Shown piece after piece: positions 29,401 through 39,894 of a stretch of DNA of 64,000 nt (its first letter is position 1; each line of letters begins with the position of its first letter). This DNA comes from Trypanosoma brucei (lineage: Eukaryota). The notes beneath the pieces were generated by a model, which did not search any database, was not told the origin of the DNA, and worked only from the letters and a program-made list of their open reading frames with translations. The stretch lies in NCBI GenBank assembly GCA_000002445.1, contig CH464491.1, forward strand, positions 896,001 to 960,000, given 5' to 3'. A program made the translations under genes and the position numbers.

Positions 29401-31325
29401 ACGCATTCGCCGATGCCCACATTACGATCTTAGCTAGGGATGCTCCCTTTTCGTGTGCACGGTTGCTGCATTCAGACGAAGGGATCAGCGCGTACCTGTC
29501 GTTACACGATGGCCTCAATCCCCAGGAAGATGTTGGGCAACGCTATGTCATCACTCTGGCGGATACTGTTTCCACGCTGTCGTACTACCGATATATGTAC
29601 GGATCTGATACGGAGGCAGCATACGCCGATAAAACAAAGGTTGATGAGTCGAAGTTGGTGGTGCCTATGAAGGCTCTTCCCCGGCCGTGCTCGTCAAGAG
29701 GTGCGACCTCAGAGGCATTCAAGAAGAAGCTTGTACAGGAAGCCGCAATGAAACCGGAAGATTGGTGCAATTTGTATATTGACATTTTCCTTCACATCGG
29801 GCATGCTGCTCTTTGCCGCGAATCGCTTGAAACAGAGGCTGGGTCGAAGAAGGCGCGCAAGTCCAAGGGAAAAGGTGGAATTAGGACACCCGGTGATCTA
29901 CCGATTCTTCTCCGCGAGCGTAGCGCTTTTATCGGCTACTACAACTCTCTTCCGGACGATGAACGCAAGAAACTAGCCCTCATGACTATGCTCGGGAGGA
30001 CCTGTGGTACTGCCTTTGATGCCTTTGCAGTAATGTGCTCGCATGATGACATAGTGGAGGTTAATATTGGGGGTCGCTTAAATCAGTATGTTCCCAGCCA
30101 ACTTGACGCAGAGCAGGTGATGCGCAAGTTTAGGAGCCCGACGACGCGTCAGTTGCAGGTGGGGGAGGACTCACTTACGTACTTCAAGAAAACTCATGGG
30201 GATAAAACTGCTGAGACGATTTTGGAATTACGGGCCATGGAAAAACTCATTGGTACATACTACGAGAACACTGACGATGGAACAGGAATGGTTTCACTTG
30301 TGCACGATGATGACAGTTGCATACACCACGAGCTAATACACAATAAGACTAACACTGGTCGATTGGCGAGTGCAAATCCGAACTGCCAGAACATTCCCAA
30401 GGAGGATAAATCACCGTTGCGTGAAATGTTTGTCAGCCGTTATGGCGAAAAGGGAATGTGTATTGAGGCAGATTATTCACAGCTTGAAGTCGTCGCATTG
30501 GCTGTTCTTGCGAATGATCAGCAAATGTTGGAGGATCTTCGGTCTAATGTGGATTTCCACTGCAAACGTGTTGCGATGATGCGTCCCGACCTGCAATATA
30601 CTGAGATTCTCAAGAAGGCAAAGAAGGACAAAGAACCGGAGTTTGTTAAGTTGCGTCAGCAAGCAAAAATCTTTTCCTTCCAACGACAGTATGGTGCCGG
30701 GGTTAAGATGATCAGCGAGAGTACTGGGTTAACGCAGGACCAAGTGCGCCATTTGATCGAAAAGGAGAGGGAGACTTACCGCGGGGTGGATGTCTTCAAC
30801 AGTATGGTTGCTCTATCTGCTAATAAGTTCGATGCCTCGCTGCAAAATGGCTCTCGAAATGTCCGAGGGCACCAGATTTTCAAGGGCATGTTCCCTGTCA
30901 TCACGGGTAGCCGATACATCTTCACGGAGTCCGATGTGCCAGAGGGACTACTCCGAAACAAGTCACTCGCCGTCAAATCAACTAATTTTTCTCCAACACA
31001 CCTTAAGAATTACCCAGTGCAAGGGTTTGCCGGTGAGATTGTGCAAATTATGCTTGGGGTGTTGTGGCGCCACTTCCTTCGGAAGGACAACTACGGGGGG
31101 TTAGCTGTACTAATCAACACCGTGCACGACTGCGTATGGATTGACTGCCACATGGATGTGTTGCAAGACGTTGTCTTGGAAACTGATGGAATTATGAGTA
31201 GCGTACGCGATGTCCTGAATCGTCTTTACCCTGAGATGGAGGTGTCTGTGGACTTCCCCTGTGATGTCGTCGCAGGAGAAAACATGGGCGCCCTGCGCCC
31301 CGTTGTCATTGAGGAGACACTGTGA
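26436..31325 (+). CDS. Mitochondrial family-A DNA polymerase (kinetoplast POLI-like, Pol I-related), 1,629 aa. It has a long N-terminal extension, a 3'-5' exonuclease and a polymerase domain.
   Basis: The ORF track starts at a TTG codon (26295). The first ATG is at 26436 and gives MLRRLFKPQLMVPWSRQ, an R-rich amphipathic mitochondrial presequence. Exo I DLETT sits at about 28009 and Exo II GHNIKFDLL at about 28260. Polymerase motif A DYSQLEVVAL is at about 30470 and motif B RQQAKIFSFQRQYG at about 30655. The length is in the range of the large trypanosome POLIC and POLID paralogues; I cannot tell which. Confidence 0.85.
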   Translation: MLRRLFKPQLMVPWSRQPPTCCSSQIINIISRGLSQRGEPLGAAAPSSVSSVSVPPVASLHTPVMHSNAFAASEVKKLLAKAQYSLFTLGWNPGTDDYCIYCATTNELVRAKKDTLWKAIFWMEGRIGDDYIAGLLFPSDGTPALTEVAAMVREKCRRQVVVAPDTWGICYLTLKNQRDFVRGMELPASLEHAAFLLMRAMFNSSLIEPSVFDVTSGAYISASCADSVSAARDCLVSWWVLFNVHKKFGTSGSRKLIDPVEQIVRRVVKTVNVFVVDINVRVGKGTISEGFTMIVTIYDAQRRSQSVHMIRSLAEESAKRNTLNGLLFGEGTSAISLFVPTDRTKSSQLLAFARSCRPSCPFFVTEPSSLTPFFSGAPVTDGLSEQSDPRSTWALIRTNCFAQCPGRRLEEVLDRKLLQGFTAVANRLYSDRLHRVSPALMSAASSIPLREEPRVAWERVASLVEEERKNPVAHVNKSAFLNNVTITDAEVVFRLQQWHSTIYESPDRLEREREALEGLQRYLVVDLETTTVRRYKRVANPFTKENYVVLSGARDYRGQVFMPSRYYSRNVALRYDDLHVTSTHSLVKGSSKHSLFLPPLDDYDVLVGHNIKFDLLHMWRDVELRRFLKRGGKIWDTMYAEYLLTGHEVKLGHGAGLEEVAKSYGGQTPKLDAVKQAWSSGKDTCEIPYRTLTQYLHGDLENTELIFKKHIERALAQRQVVIILARMDGLLCTTEMEYNGLKTNVQLALSQSNELMCKVKELRRHLDNSIPKEISIDCRKYFNWASNQHLIAFFFGGKLKLSTNARESRLLPGEVFERHTLYARPEDYDKTEFPKGVFLRPPVYVVGPADCLMATGVSLDKGTKFFKMYFEAYVKQAGFRKSSSVTDSLRRAMVSVSRIDQEKCSNPDALVNLLPKRHLFLFAAFTPTSDGTISKLFLKNAITGESLTIAGDCANKVERLRAFMEGQVEAHTEMLVDADGDGSAPANNNAFADAHITILARDAPFSCARLLHSDEGISAYLSLHDGLNPQEDVGQRYVITLADTVSTLSYYRYMYGSDTEAAYADKTKVDESKLVVPMKALPRPCSSRGATSEAFKKKLVQEAAMKPEDWCNLYIDIFLHIGHAALCRESLETEAGSKKARKSKGKGGIRTPGDLPILLRERSAFIGYYNSLPDDERKKLALMTMLGRTCGTAFDAFAVMCSHDDIVEVNIGGRLNQYVPSQLDAEQVMRKFRSPTTRQLQVGEDSLTYFKKTHGDKTAETILELRAMEKLIGTYYENTDDGTGMVSLVHDDDSCIHHELIHNKTNTGRLASANPNCQNIPKEDKSPLREMFVSRYGEKGMCIEADYSQLEVVALAVLANDQQMLEDLRSNVDFHCKRVAMMRPDLQYTEILKKAKKDKEPEFVKLRQQAKIFSFQRQYGAGVKMISESTGLTQDQVRHLIEKERETYRGVDVFNSMVALSANKFDASLQNGSRNVRGHQIFKGMFPVITGSRYIFTESDVPEGLLRNKSLAVKSTNFSPTHLKNYPVQGFAGEIVQIMLGVLWRHFLRKDNYGGLAVLINTVHDCVWIDCHMDVLQDVVLETDGIMSSVRDVLNRLYPEMEVSVDFPCDVVAGENMGALRPVVIEETL

Positions 31326-31455
31326 GCGTTAAAGCATATGTGTCCTATAGCAGTAACGTCTCACTGCTCGTTTTGTTGTTTTGGATCCGACTCATTCTCT
31401 CTCAAAACTCCTTCCTCCACACTTTTCAGTGAAAAGATACCCATCCCCTTTTGTT

Positions 31456-31471
31456 TGTGTGTGTGTGTGTG
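31456..31471. repeat. (GT)8 microsatellite
   Basis: Read directly from the sequence. Confidence 0.9.
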
Positions 31472-32054
31472 AAGGGAAGTGAAATGAAATGAAACGGAAA
31501 AAATTAACCATAGATCGGTAACCTAATAAAGCGAAGGAGTTCCATTATAAAAATTAACTACACGCGTATGGGCGCATGAGTGTGTGTGGGTATAATCTAA
31601 GTAATTTCGAAGGTAGGCGGATGCCGTATTCCATAGAAGGTATAAACAATACCAAAGGATCGAAGAAACGAAAGGGAGAGCGCGGATGAAGAAAGCTCAC
31701 ATAGATAAGTATGGGATCGAATACGATCCAAGTTGGTTTTATTGTTTGGTTTTGCTGGTGTAGCTGATACCTTTCTTTTCTACTGTTTCACTTCTTTACT
31801 TTGATAAATGTGCGGAAAATTGCTTTATCTTTTTTGTCAGCAAGAGAGTTTTCTCTTTTATTCTAAAAATGAAGTAAAAAAGGCACGGTAAGGAGCGCCC
31901 ATGGAGCTTCGAGGGCATGCCAGTTTTCATGCCCTTCTGTTTTGTGTTACAAAAGGCAAAAGTTTCTCTTTTCCTCCGTTGGCTTTCTTTTTTTTTTCCT
32001 CTGGCAGACTTTTAAGCATATAACCACTGGTACGGGAGTGAAGGAAAAAATAGA

Positions 32055-33794
32055 ATGGAGGCGGCCATTATTGGATCAGTTGTTTTCCTAGCGGTAACGG
32101 TAACATTCCTCTTTGTTCTGTTTGATCATGCTGTATCCGGTGTCCGGTTGAAGGAAGCGCGCCTAAACTATGACTATGATGTTATCATTGTTGGGGGAAG
32201 TATCGCGGGACCAGTCATGGCTAAGGCTCTCGCAGACCAAAACCGCCGTGTGCTGCTACTCGAGAGGTCACTTTTCACTAAACCAAACCGTATTGTGGGG
32301 GAACTCCTTCAACCTGGAGGTATGGATGTGTTGAGGAAATTAGGCATGGACGAATGCGCTAAATCCGTTGGAATGCCTTGCCATGGTTATGTTGTTCTGG
32401 ATGAACGTGGCGATGAAATACGGCTACCGTATGCTGCTGGCCTTCAGGGGTTCTCTTTTCATTTTGGGGATTTGGTGAACAATTTACGAAAGTACGTGTG
32501 GCAGAACTGTCAGCCAGCCGTCACGATGCTTGAAGCCACGGTAACAGAGGTCCTCGTGGAGCGAGTTGCTCCATGTGTGAACAGGGCCTACGGCGTTGTC
32601 TACACCACGGCAGCCGAGTATAACGTTCCAGAGTCACCTTTTACGGGCGCGCCACCCTCGAGAACGGATTCTACAAGCATGTCGGAGGAGGTGCAAAAAA
32701 CTGCAACAGCTCCTCTCATTATTATGTGTGACGGCGGTTCGTCAAAGTTCAAAGCTATGTATCAACACTACGACCCTGCAGCCAACTACCACTCGCACTT
32801 CGTTGGTCTCATCATACGTAATGCTCGTCTTCCCCAAGAAGGATACGGAACCGTTTTCTTTGGGAAAAAAGGACCCATTCTTTCGTACCGCTTAGATCCT
32901 AACGAGCTTCGTGTTCTCGTTGACTACAACAAACCAGCGTTACCATCGTTGGTGGAGCAAAGCCGCTGGCTATCCGAGGAAATCGCGCCATGCCTTCCTT
33001 CCAACATGCGAGAGGATTTTATTAAGGCAGCACAGAGTACCCAAAACATTCGATCCATGCCAATTGCCTTTTATCCCGCCACTTTTCCTTCTATCAGGGG
33101 TTACGTGGGGATCGGAGACCATGCCAATCAACGACACCCCCTTACGGGTGGGGGCATGACATGTGCATTCAGTGATGCATTTCTTTTAGCGGAGAAACTC
33201 CTCGAAATCAAGGAGATGCGCAGCTCCGACGTTGTGGAGATGGCCGATATTGAAGACAGTATCCAAAATGCTATCGTGAGCTATGCGCGTGGGCGCGTGG
33301 TGCACAGCTCCAGTATTAATATCTTATCGTGGGCACTGTATGCTGTTTTTGGCACCCGTTTGCTCCGCAATGCCTGCTTGGAATACTTCGCACGCGGTGG
33401 TGAGTGCGTTTCCGCTCCGATGGCATTGTTGGCTGGTGTGGATCACAGCCCACAGCGGCTACTGTGGCATTACACCAGAGTCATGTTTAATGGTGCACTG
33501 AACCTCGCCACGTTAAGTGGTCCCCGCAACTGTCGCGGTAAGGATACTCCCAGTTTCGGTAGAAGGTGCATTAATGCTGCTACATTCTTTGTATCTCCGT
33601 TTCGGGTCCTTGAGGCACTTTATCTTCTGATCGCGGCTGCATGTGTTGCAGTGCCGGTGGCGTACAGTGAATTCGTTTCCATCTGGCGGTTGATAAATCC
33701 AACGGGGTTTCTTTCGTCTATTTACAAGACCGTCCGAGTTGCTGTGTGTCGTTCGCTACTCAACGGGAGGAAAAGGAAGCCAATTGGTTTGTGA
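32055..33794 (+). CDS. SQLE: Squalene monooxygenase (squalene epoxidase), FAD-dependent, sterol/ergosterol pathway
   Basis: 579 aa. It has an N-terminal transmembrane segment. The FAD fingerprint DVIIVGGSIAGPVMAKAL...LLLER and RIVGELLQPGG match the squalene epoxidase pattern DVIIVGAG...RIVGE(F/L)LQPGG. The motif GDHANQRHPLTGGGMT corresponds to GDA.NMRHPLTGGGMT. There is a hydrophobic C-terminal tail. Confidence 0.88.
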   Translation: MEAAIIGSVVFLAVTVTFLFVLFDHAVSGVRLKEARLNYDYDVIIVGGSIAGPVMAKALADQNRRVLLLERSLFTKPNRIVGELLQPGGMDVLRKLGMDECAKSVGMPCHGYVVLDERGDEIRLPYAAGLQGFSFHFGDLVNNLRKYVWQNCQPAVTMLEATVTEVLVERVAPCVNRAYGVVYTTAAEYNVPESPFTGAPPSRTDSTSMSEEVQKTATAPLIIMCDGGSSKFKAMYQHYDPAANYHSHFVGLIIRNARLPQEGYGTVFFGKKGPILSYRLDPNELRVLVDYNKPALPSLVEQSRWLSEEIAPCLPSNMREDFIKAAQSTQNIRSMPIAFYPATFPSIRGYVGIGDHANQRHPLTGGGMTCAFSDAFLLAEKLLEIKEMRSSDVVEMADIEDSIQNAIVSYARGRVVHSSSINILSWALYAVFGTRLLRNACLEYFARGGECVSAPMALLAGVDHSPQRLLWHYTRVMFNGALNLATLSGPRNCRGKDTPSFGRRCINAATFFVSPFRVLEALYLLIAAACVAVPVAYSEFVSIWRLINPTGFLSSIYKTVRVAVCRSLLNGRKRKPIGL

Positions 33795-34177
33795 TGACAC
33801 ATGTGGTCAGTTATGTGAGGGCACATTGGTTGCGGGAAAAGAGTAGAAACGAAAGAAGCAGTTGTGTTGTTTAACCTTGCTTCTGGGGTTGGGCATCACT
33901 GTAAATTCGTTTACTTGTTATCACTATTTTTAGTTCAAACACATCTGTACGCATGTCTTTTAAACAATTCCCTTGTCGAGGAGGGGCTCGGCTCATTCAG
34001 CTGCGTGCCTGCACAGCACTGGTTGCTGATTGTGGATATGCTTCACGCCGCGCTATGGTGCAGTAGAGATGGAGGTCAAGGAACGAGTGGTACACATCAC
34101 TCTGTTATTGAATTGTATGCACTGTTACTCGCCTGGTGCGTCACCCTCTTTGAGGGGCGCGCGCTTCTGTTCGTGTG

Positions 34178-34206
34178 TGTGTGTGTGTGTTTGTGTTTGT
34201 GTTTCA
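34178..34206. repeat. (GT)8 followed by (GTTT/GTGTTT) imperfect repeat
   Basis: Read directly from the sequence. Confidence 0.9.
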
Positions 34207-35547
34207 TTATCGGCAGTTTGGATGACTGGGAGGGGGAGCGATCGCTATAGGTTTTTTTATAAAGTTTAAGCCGCAGCAGTAGCCCTCAGATCTCAGTATC
34301 TCGTGACGGGCATTAGTTCCCGATTGGCTGTGGCAAGGAGTTCCGCCTATGGTGCTAAGGGCGCGCCGCGAACACCCACCCGCCGTGGCGTGGTCTTCGA
34401 GTTTCGCGTGTTGTTTATACTTAATTCCTTCTCATTTTGTGTTTGAATTGGGCTGCAAATGTCAGGTAGGTGAAACTGGGTTGTTGCCGGTGCTTGTTTC
34501 CTTAAACTGAATATAACTGACAGTCGCATCGTATCTGGTTACCAACTGTTGAAACGAAATGCGGAGGCGCATGTTAACCCGGTTGCATGAATGGCCCGCG
34601 GCGTTTCTGGTGTAGTTTCCACGTTTTTCGATGTGTTGTTATTCTGAAGATGTGACGCGGTTGATGACGTGATAATGTTTTAAGATGATGTGCCGTATGT
34701 GACTCGGATTGGTGTGTCTCTTTGATGTAAAGGGGAACACACGCGTTCAGACTGCCAATAGGCCGCTGTGAGAGGGTGTGTGTTAAAGTTTTGGCGATCG
34801 AGCTTCATTCATTCCTTCCTTCTCTTTTTTTTTCGTGGGAACATATGGGGGCACATGGGTTTTTTGTGTAGAAATCCAAATTTATTACCGGAGTGAAGCG
34901 ATTCACCTCCTTGAACAACATTGAGGTCATTGTCATGAGACACACTACTCCGCTCGTTATCCTGCGCATTGGAAACCTCTTTGCGTTTGACCGGTTGGAA
35001 ACCTACCTTTACTGTTGCCTCTATCGTGGAGACTTCTGTGACTCTCCGACACGTTTTGTTTATCGTTGGGGCTCTTTCCTCCATTCTTTATTTTTTTATT
35101 TTTTTCGCTCTCCTCTTTACTGCCGCGTACCGAAACTATGTTGCGCGTCGGGGTTGGGGGTTTTGTGCGCGCGCAATTATGGAGAGCCAGTGACTCCTCG
35201 AGTGCATTGTTAAATGAAGGGAAAATTCGGGTACTTGTGCGTGCGTGACTTTCATATTCTTTTGGTTACCATTAAATTCTTTTTTCTCCTTGTGTGCTTT
35301 CGCCTGTTTTGACTTTGTAGTAGAAGTGTGTGGGTTTCTCTAAGGTCTTCTTAGCGAAGGTCCTCAACACCGAGCAACCTCTAGAAACGAGTTTAACTGG
35401 GCGCAGACGAATATCTAAAATATTCGTTTGTATATAGATACACTGCCCTGATAGGGGAAGAAGAAAAAAGAACAGGGCCGAAGCTACAAGAGAGTGAAGT
35501 GAAAAGAGAGTTCAAAAGTAAAAGAAGCGAAAATCAAAAGGAAGGAA

Positions 35548-37707
35548 ATGGAGCGACAGCTTCGCGAACTCCTTGAGCAAGGAGGTTTGTCGCACACAAT
35601 TCAGGGGTTTGTCGATGGTGGTGTTCTTACCCTTCAGCAGCTTAAACAGCTCACCATGCAAGACTATCAATCTGTTGGTGTCATTGTCATGACTGACCGC
35701 CGAAAACTATTTGAGCTGATTCAATATATGAAGAGAGAGCAGGCGAACCCCCCCTCCGTATTGAACACCTCGGACGCGCCACGTGTACCCGAGCACACAC
35801 CTCAGGCCGTAACTGGTGCGCGAAACACAACGCCGAATTGCCGTAATGCGACACCCTCCAGCGCGCAACGCAAGGCGGAAAATGAGAACGCTCGCATGAA
35901 TGAAAGCAGGCAACTGTCAGGGGCGGGAGGGCGACGCGATCCACTTCATGTGATTGACGATATGGAACTCTCAGCCATGAAAATGACCCCAAACTCACGG
36001 CCACTCAGCCGTGTAGCACGCGCCTCCCCAACAGCCGCCACCCGTAAGCCTGGGGAGAGTGGAACTACTAAAAGAAAGGCAAGTCGCATCACAGTGGTGG
36101 TCCGCAAACGTCCGCTTAGCACGTCTGAGATCAATGATGGCTTATACGATATCCTTGCCACGGACCCTGACAACCTGCAGGCAATTGCCCTACTTGAGCC
36201 CAAACAGAAAGTTGACCTCACGAAATATATTGAAAAACATCGTTTCACCTATGATTTGGTTCTTGACGACAAGTACAGCAACCGCGATGTGTACGAGAAG
36301 GCATGCAAACCCCTTATTGAAACAGTGTTTGAGGGTGGGTGTGCCACTTGCTTTGCGTATGGACAAACGGGAAGTGGCAAGACATATACAATGCTCGGGA
36401 AGGGGGACCAGGAAGGTATATATCTGATGGCTGCACGTGATCTGTATGCTCGACTGGAAAGTGGGATGAGTATCATGGTTTCATTCTTCGAGATATATGG
36501 AGGAAAGTTGTTTGACCTGCTGAATGAGCGTGAGAAGCTTGCATGCCGTGAAGATAGTCGCGGTGTTATCAATGTTTGTGGCCTTACGGAACATCGTGTG
36601 GAGGATACGGGGCATCTCATGCGTGTAATCGACTACGGAAATTCCATTCGAGCGGCCGGCTCGACGGGCATGAATGCGGATTCCTCCAGGTCGCACGCTA
36701 TCCTTCACATAACGGTTTTGAATTCAAAGAACCGGTTCTTCGGTAGGTTCACCTTCATCGACCTCGCTGGAAGCGAGCGGGGTGCAGATACACTTGATAG
36801 CGACAGAACCACGCGCCTCGAAGGTGCAGAAATCAATAAGTCACTTTTGGCACTGAAGGAATGTATTCGTGCGCTGGACCAGAATCATCGGCACATTCCT
36901 TTCCGTGGTTCAAAGCTTACAGCCGTGCTGAGGGACTGCTTCACGGGGAACAGTCGCACTGTGATGATAGGCAATGTTAGTCCTGCAAGCGGAAGCTGTG
37001 AACACACCCTTAACACACTACGCTACGCTGATCGTGTGAAGGAACTAAAGAAAGACAAGTCGTCCCGCATCGCCGCCGAGGAAATCATGATTGGCCAGAT
37101 GCCAAGTGAAGAGATTGAAACACTTGGATTGAGCAGTAACTTTGCCCAAAGACGTGCCCGAGAAAAGAAGGCCGGCACCCGGTCCTCCAGTCATCTTTCA
37201 CAACGGGAACCAGGCACGCCTAACGCAAAGTCTCACAGCAGCTACGGCAGCGGCTATCGGCTCAAAGGGCAACATTCTCGCGTGTCAATGAGCTGCAAAG
37301 AGGAAGACTACCCGAACTTCTCCGACAGCATTCGCTCCGGGAAAGTTCCAAGTAGTGGAGGGACGAAGAGCTTCAACAGGGTGACACCAAAACACAGTCG
37401 TGTTGGCAGCGAAATATCGATCCGCGACGCTAGCCCGTATGAGATGACTTCTTTTGCGAGCGGTGATTCCTTAGACGAAGAAGAGGATAATACCATTCTG
37501 GGCCATCGCCGTCATATTGACGCAATGATGGAGTTATTGAAGCAAGAAATGACGGAATTGAATGGAGTAGAGATGCCTGGAGCCTCCATTGAGGTGTACT
37601 GCAAAAATGTTGAGAGCATTCTCAACCGTCAGGCGAAGAGTATTAGCAGTGTTAGAAATATGATAAGGCAGTTGCTAAACCGCCTGGAGTCTCGGCAACG
37701 CCGGTAA
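35548..37707 (+). CDS. Kinesin-13 family motor with an N-terminal SAM domain (KIF24-like architecture)
   Basis: 719 aa. Residues ~1-65 ([57 protein letters not shown]) look like a SAM domain. The central motor has the kinesin-13-specific loop-2 KVD finger ([25 protein letters not shown]), the P-loop [11 protein letters not shown], switch I SSRSHAIL and switch [10 protein letters not shown] central motor position is typical of kinesin-13. Confidence 0.85.
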   Translation: MERQLRELLEQGGLSHTIQGFVDGGVLTLQQLKQLTMQDYQSVGVIVMTDRRKLFELIQYMKREQANPPSVLNTSDAPRVPEHTPQAVTGARNTTPNCRNATPSSAQRKAENENARMNESRQLSGAGGRRDPLHVIDDMELSAMKMTPNSRPLSRVARASPTAATRKPGESGTTKRKASRITVVVRKRPLSTSEINDGLYDILATDPDNLQAIALLEPKQKVDLTKYIEKHRFTYDLVLDDKYSNRDVYEKACKPLIETVFEGGCATCFAYGQTGSGKTYTMLGKGDQEGIYLMAARDLYARLESGMSIMVSFFEIYGGKLFDLLNEREKLACREDSRGVINVCGLTEHRVEDTGHLMRVIDYGNSIRAAGSTGMNADSSRSHAILHITVLNSKNRFFGRFTFIDLAGSERGADTLDSDRTTRLEGAEINKSLLALKECIRALDQNHRHIPFRGSKLTAVLRDCFTGNSRTVMIGNVSPASGSCEHTLNTLRYADRVKELKKDKSSRIAAEEIMIGQMPSEEIETLGLSSNFAQRRAREKKAGTRSSSHLSQREPGTPNAKSHSSYGSGYRLKGQHSRVSMSCKEEDYPNFSDSIRSGKVPSSGGTKSFNRVTPKHSRVGSEISIRDASPYEMTSFASGDSLDEEEDNTILGHRRHIDAMMELLKQEMTELNGVEMPGASIEVYCKNVESILNRQAKSISSVRNMIRQLLNRLESRQRR

Positions 37708-37831
37708 ATGAGCTTCCCTACCGGTGGTGTCGGGGGATCACCCGTTAGTTTATCTGTCTCCTCTTTCCTTTGCCTTGTACGAGTGGAGAAGGAGAGGGAG
37801 GGAGAATAGGACTTTTTTGTTTGTTTTGTTC

Positions 37832-37855
37832 GTGTGTGTGTGTGTGTGTGTGTGT
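37832..37855. repeat. (GT)12 microsatellite
   Basis: Read directly from the sequence. Confidence 0.95.
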
Positions 37856-38878
37856 CCGAAGGGTTAGCGCGTTTTTTTTATTTGTGGGAAAGTCGGGTAA
37901 TGCACGGGGAAGTGTAAAGCAAAGGCTGTATAGAAGTTGAGAAGGAAATCGAGAAAAAAAGAAAGGGAAGGGGATCATGTAGGTGTGATGTTTAGCTCTT
38001 TGAGGCTAATTGCACCTGAGAGAAGAAGCGGCAAAACCGGATAAGGAATATTGAGTGCAAGGAAAAGTGTGTGTGTCTCCCACCTGACTCATGGAAAGAA
38101 ATGTGAATGACGCGAATGAATGGAATAGTAGCAGTACCACAAATATCACATATGTGCAGACATGTGAAGGAAAGGCGCAAGGCGGGAGGAGGAGGAGGAG
38201 GGGCGGGGAGGAAGTGTTCATACATAAGTGTGAATGTGGGAAGCTTACTTGGAACTTTACCGCCTCCCCCTCCCCAATCTCCCTCCTTTGCTGTTTCTAC
38301 GAGCCACCTCCTTCCTGACTACCGGTACAACAGCAGTGATTTCATCTTCCGAGTATTTGGCGTGTTCGCATGTGGGTGAGAGAAAGCGTTTCACTCTCCA
38401 CAGTTTCCCATTATGGGGCGGGGGAGAGAATGTTGAAGGGTGTAAACTGGGAAAACAAAAGTTAGGGTGCGAAAGAAAAAATATTAGAAGGAAAATTAGC
38501 ATGAATGAATAAACAGTGAGGGGTATTGGGTTGAGAGGGGGGAAGCGGCGTTGCAAGTCACAAAGGCTGTTGTTGTCTTTTTTTTTTTCCTATTATACCC
38601 TCTCCCATTTTCCTTACCTTGTTCTCCCACACTGTCCCCGTCCTTTTCCATTTGTCCTACCCGTCGCTGCTGCCTTATATATTTCAAAGCTGGCGGTATT
38701 ATTATGATTATTGTTGTCATTCGCACATAAACGTTATCCCTTATATTTACATATATTTAAATTTATGCTTTTCCCTTACCCATCTTCTTTGTACAGTGGC
38801 GGGTCGGATGTTGTGAGAACACCTTGAAATTTGTTGTCTTCTTCCCTCTGTGTCTCCCTTGTCCTCACCGGTGTTTAC

Positions 38879-38896
38879 ATATATATATATATATAT
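38879..38896. repeat. (AT)9 microsatellite
   Basis: Read directly from the sequence. Confidence 0.9.
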
Positions 38897-39162
38897 GACT
38901 ATCACTATGAGCATCACTGTTTCCTTTGCTCAAAAGAAAAAACAAAACAAAAATTAAATGAAAACAATACCTTTATATTTATATATTACCTTGCTTTCCA
39001 TTGCTGGTGCTGCACCCTTTCCCCCTCCGCCCACTCTTCGGGGAAGGGAGTTCCCACTAAATCGGCCGTTGCCATTCCTGCTTGGGATATGGGCGCGTGC
39101 TCGTTGACTCAGTATCACAGAAATTACCGCAATGAACGAAATCAAAAAAATAAAAATAAAAA

Positions 39163-39182
39163 AATATATATATATATATAAT
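39163..39182. repeat. (AT)10 microsatellite
   Basis: Read directly from the sequence. Confidence 0.9.
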
Positions 39183-39292
39183 AAAACAAGCAGCAGGTAA
39201 GGTGTTGACAGGAAAAGAGGAAAGGAAGCACGAAAGTAATAAAACCAACAACGTCAAAAAGAAGAACAAACTTATTTGCTCGTTTTTCCATG

Positions 39293-39314
39293 CACACACA
39301 CACACACACACACA
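39293..39314. repeat. (CA)11 microsatellite
   Basis: Read directly from the sequence. Confidence 0.95.
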
Positions 39315-39473
39315 CCTCTGTGTATACGTTTGGCTGCATGAACGGCTACTCGTCTTTCTCCCTTCTTTGTTTTTGGTTTTCCGTGTGTGTCCATCCATAC
39401 TTATGTGTACCAAGGTGAGTGTTACGGTGGCTATTACTCACCATCGGGGTAATACTGGTTACTTTAATCACGA

Positions 39474-39491
39474 TTGTTGTTGTTGTTGTTT
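39474..39491. repeat. (TTG)5-6 microsatellite
   Basis: Read directly from the sequence. Confidence 0.85.
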
Positions 39492-39894
39492 GAGGTGCTT
39501 TTGTTCTCTTCTGGCATCTAGTCATTGGTGCTTCGTCCCTTCATCATCTTTTTTTGTTCGTTACCCTTCTTACATTCTCTGTTAACCCAGTCGTTTCCCT
39601 TCCCCCCTCCTCCTCCTCAAGACAGTAACAACAACAATTATTATTACACTCGCTACCTTCACTTCAACACGTGCGCAATTCTCTTGTCTTTTCGTCGGAT
39701 ACCTTCAAATGGTCTGTACGCGGATTGTGTTTATTTTCTTTTGTTTTTTTGTGCATGCGGTGGCACATAACCCTGTATGCTTACTCCCCTACATATTAGC
39801 TGATATCGGTTATAATGTTCTTGCCATCCTCACATTCCCCACTTGTCTACCCATATAACGTCCGAACATCGAAAACGAAACCTATAGTTAAGGA

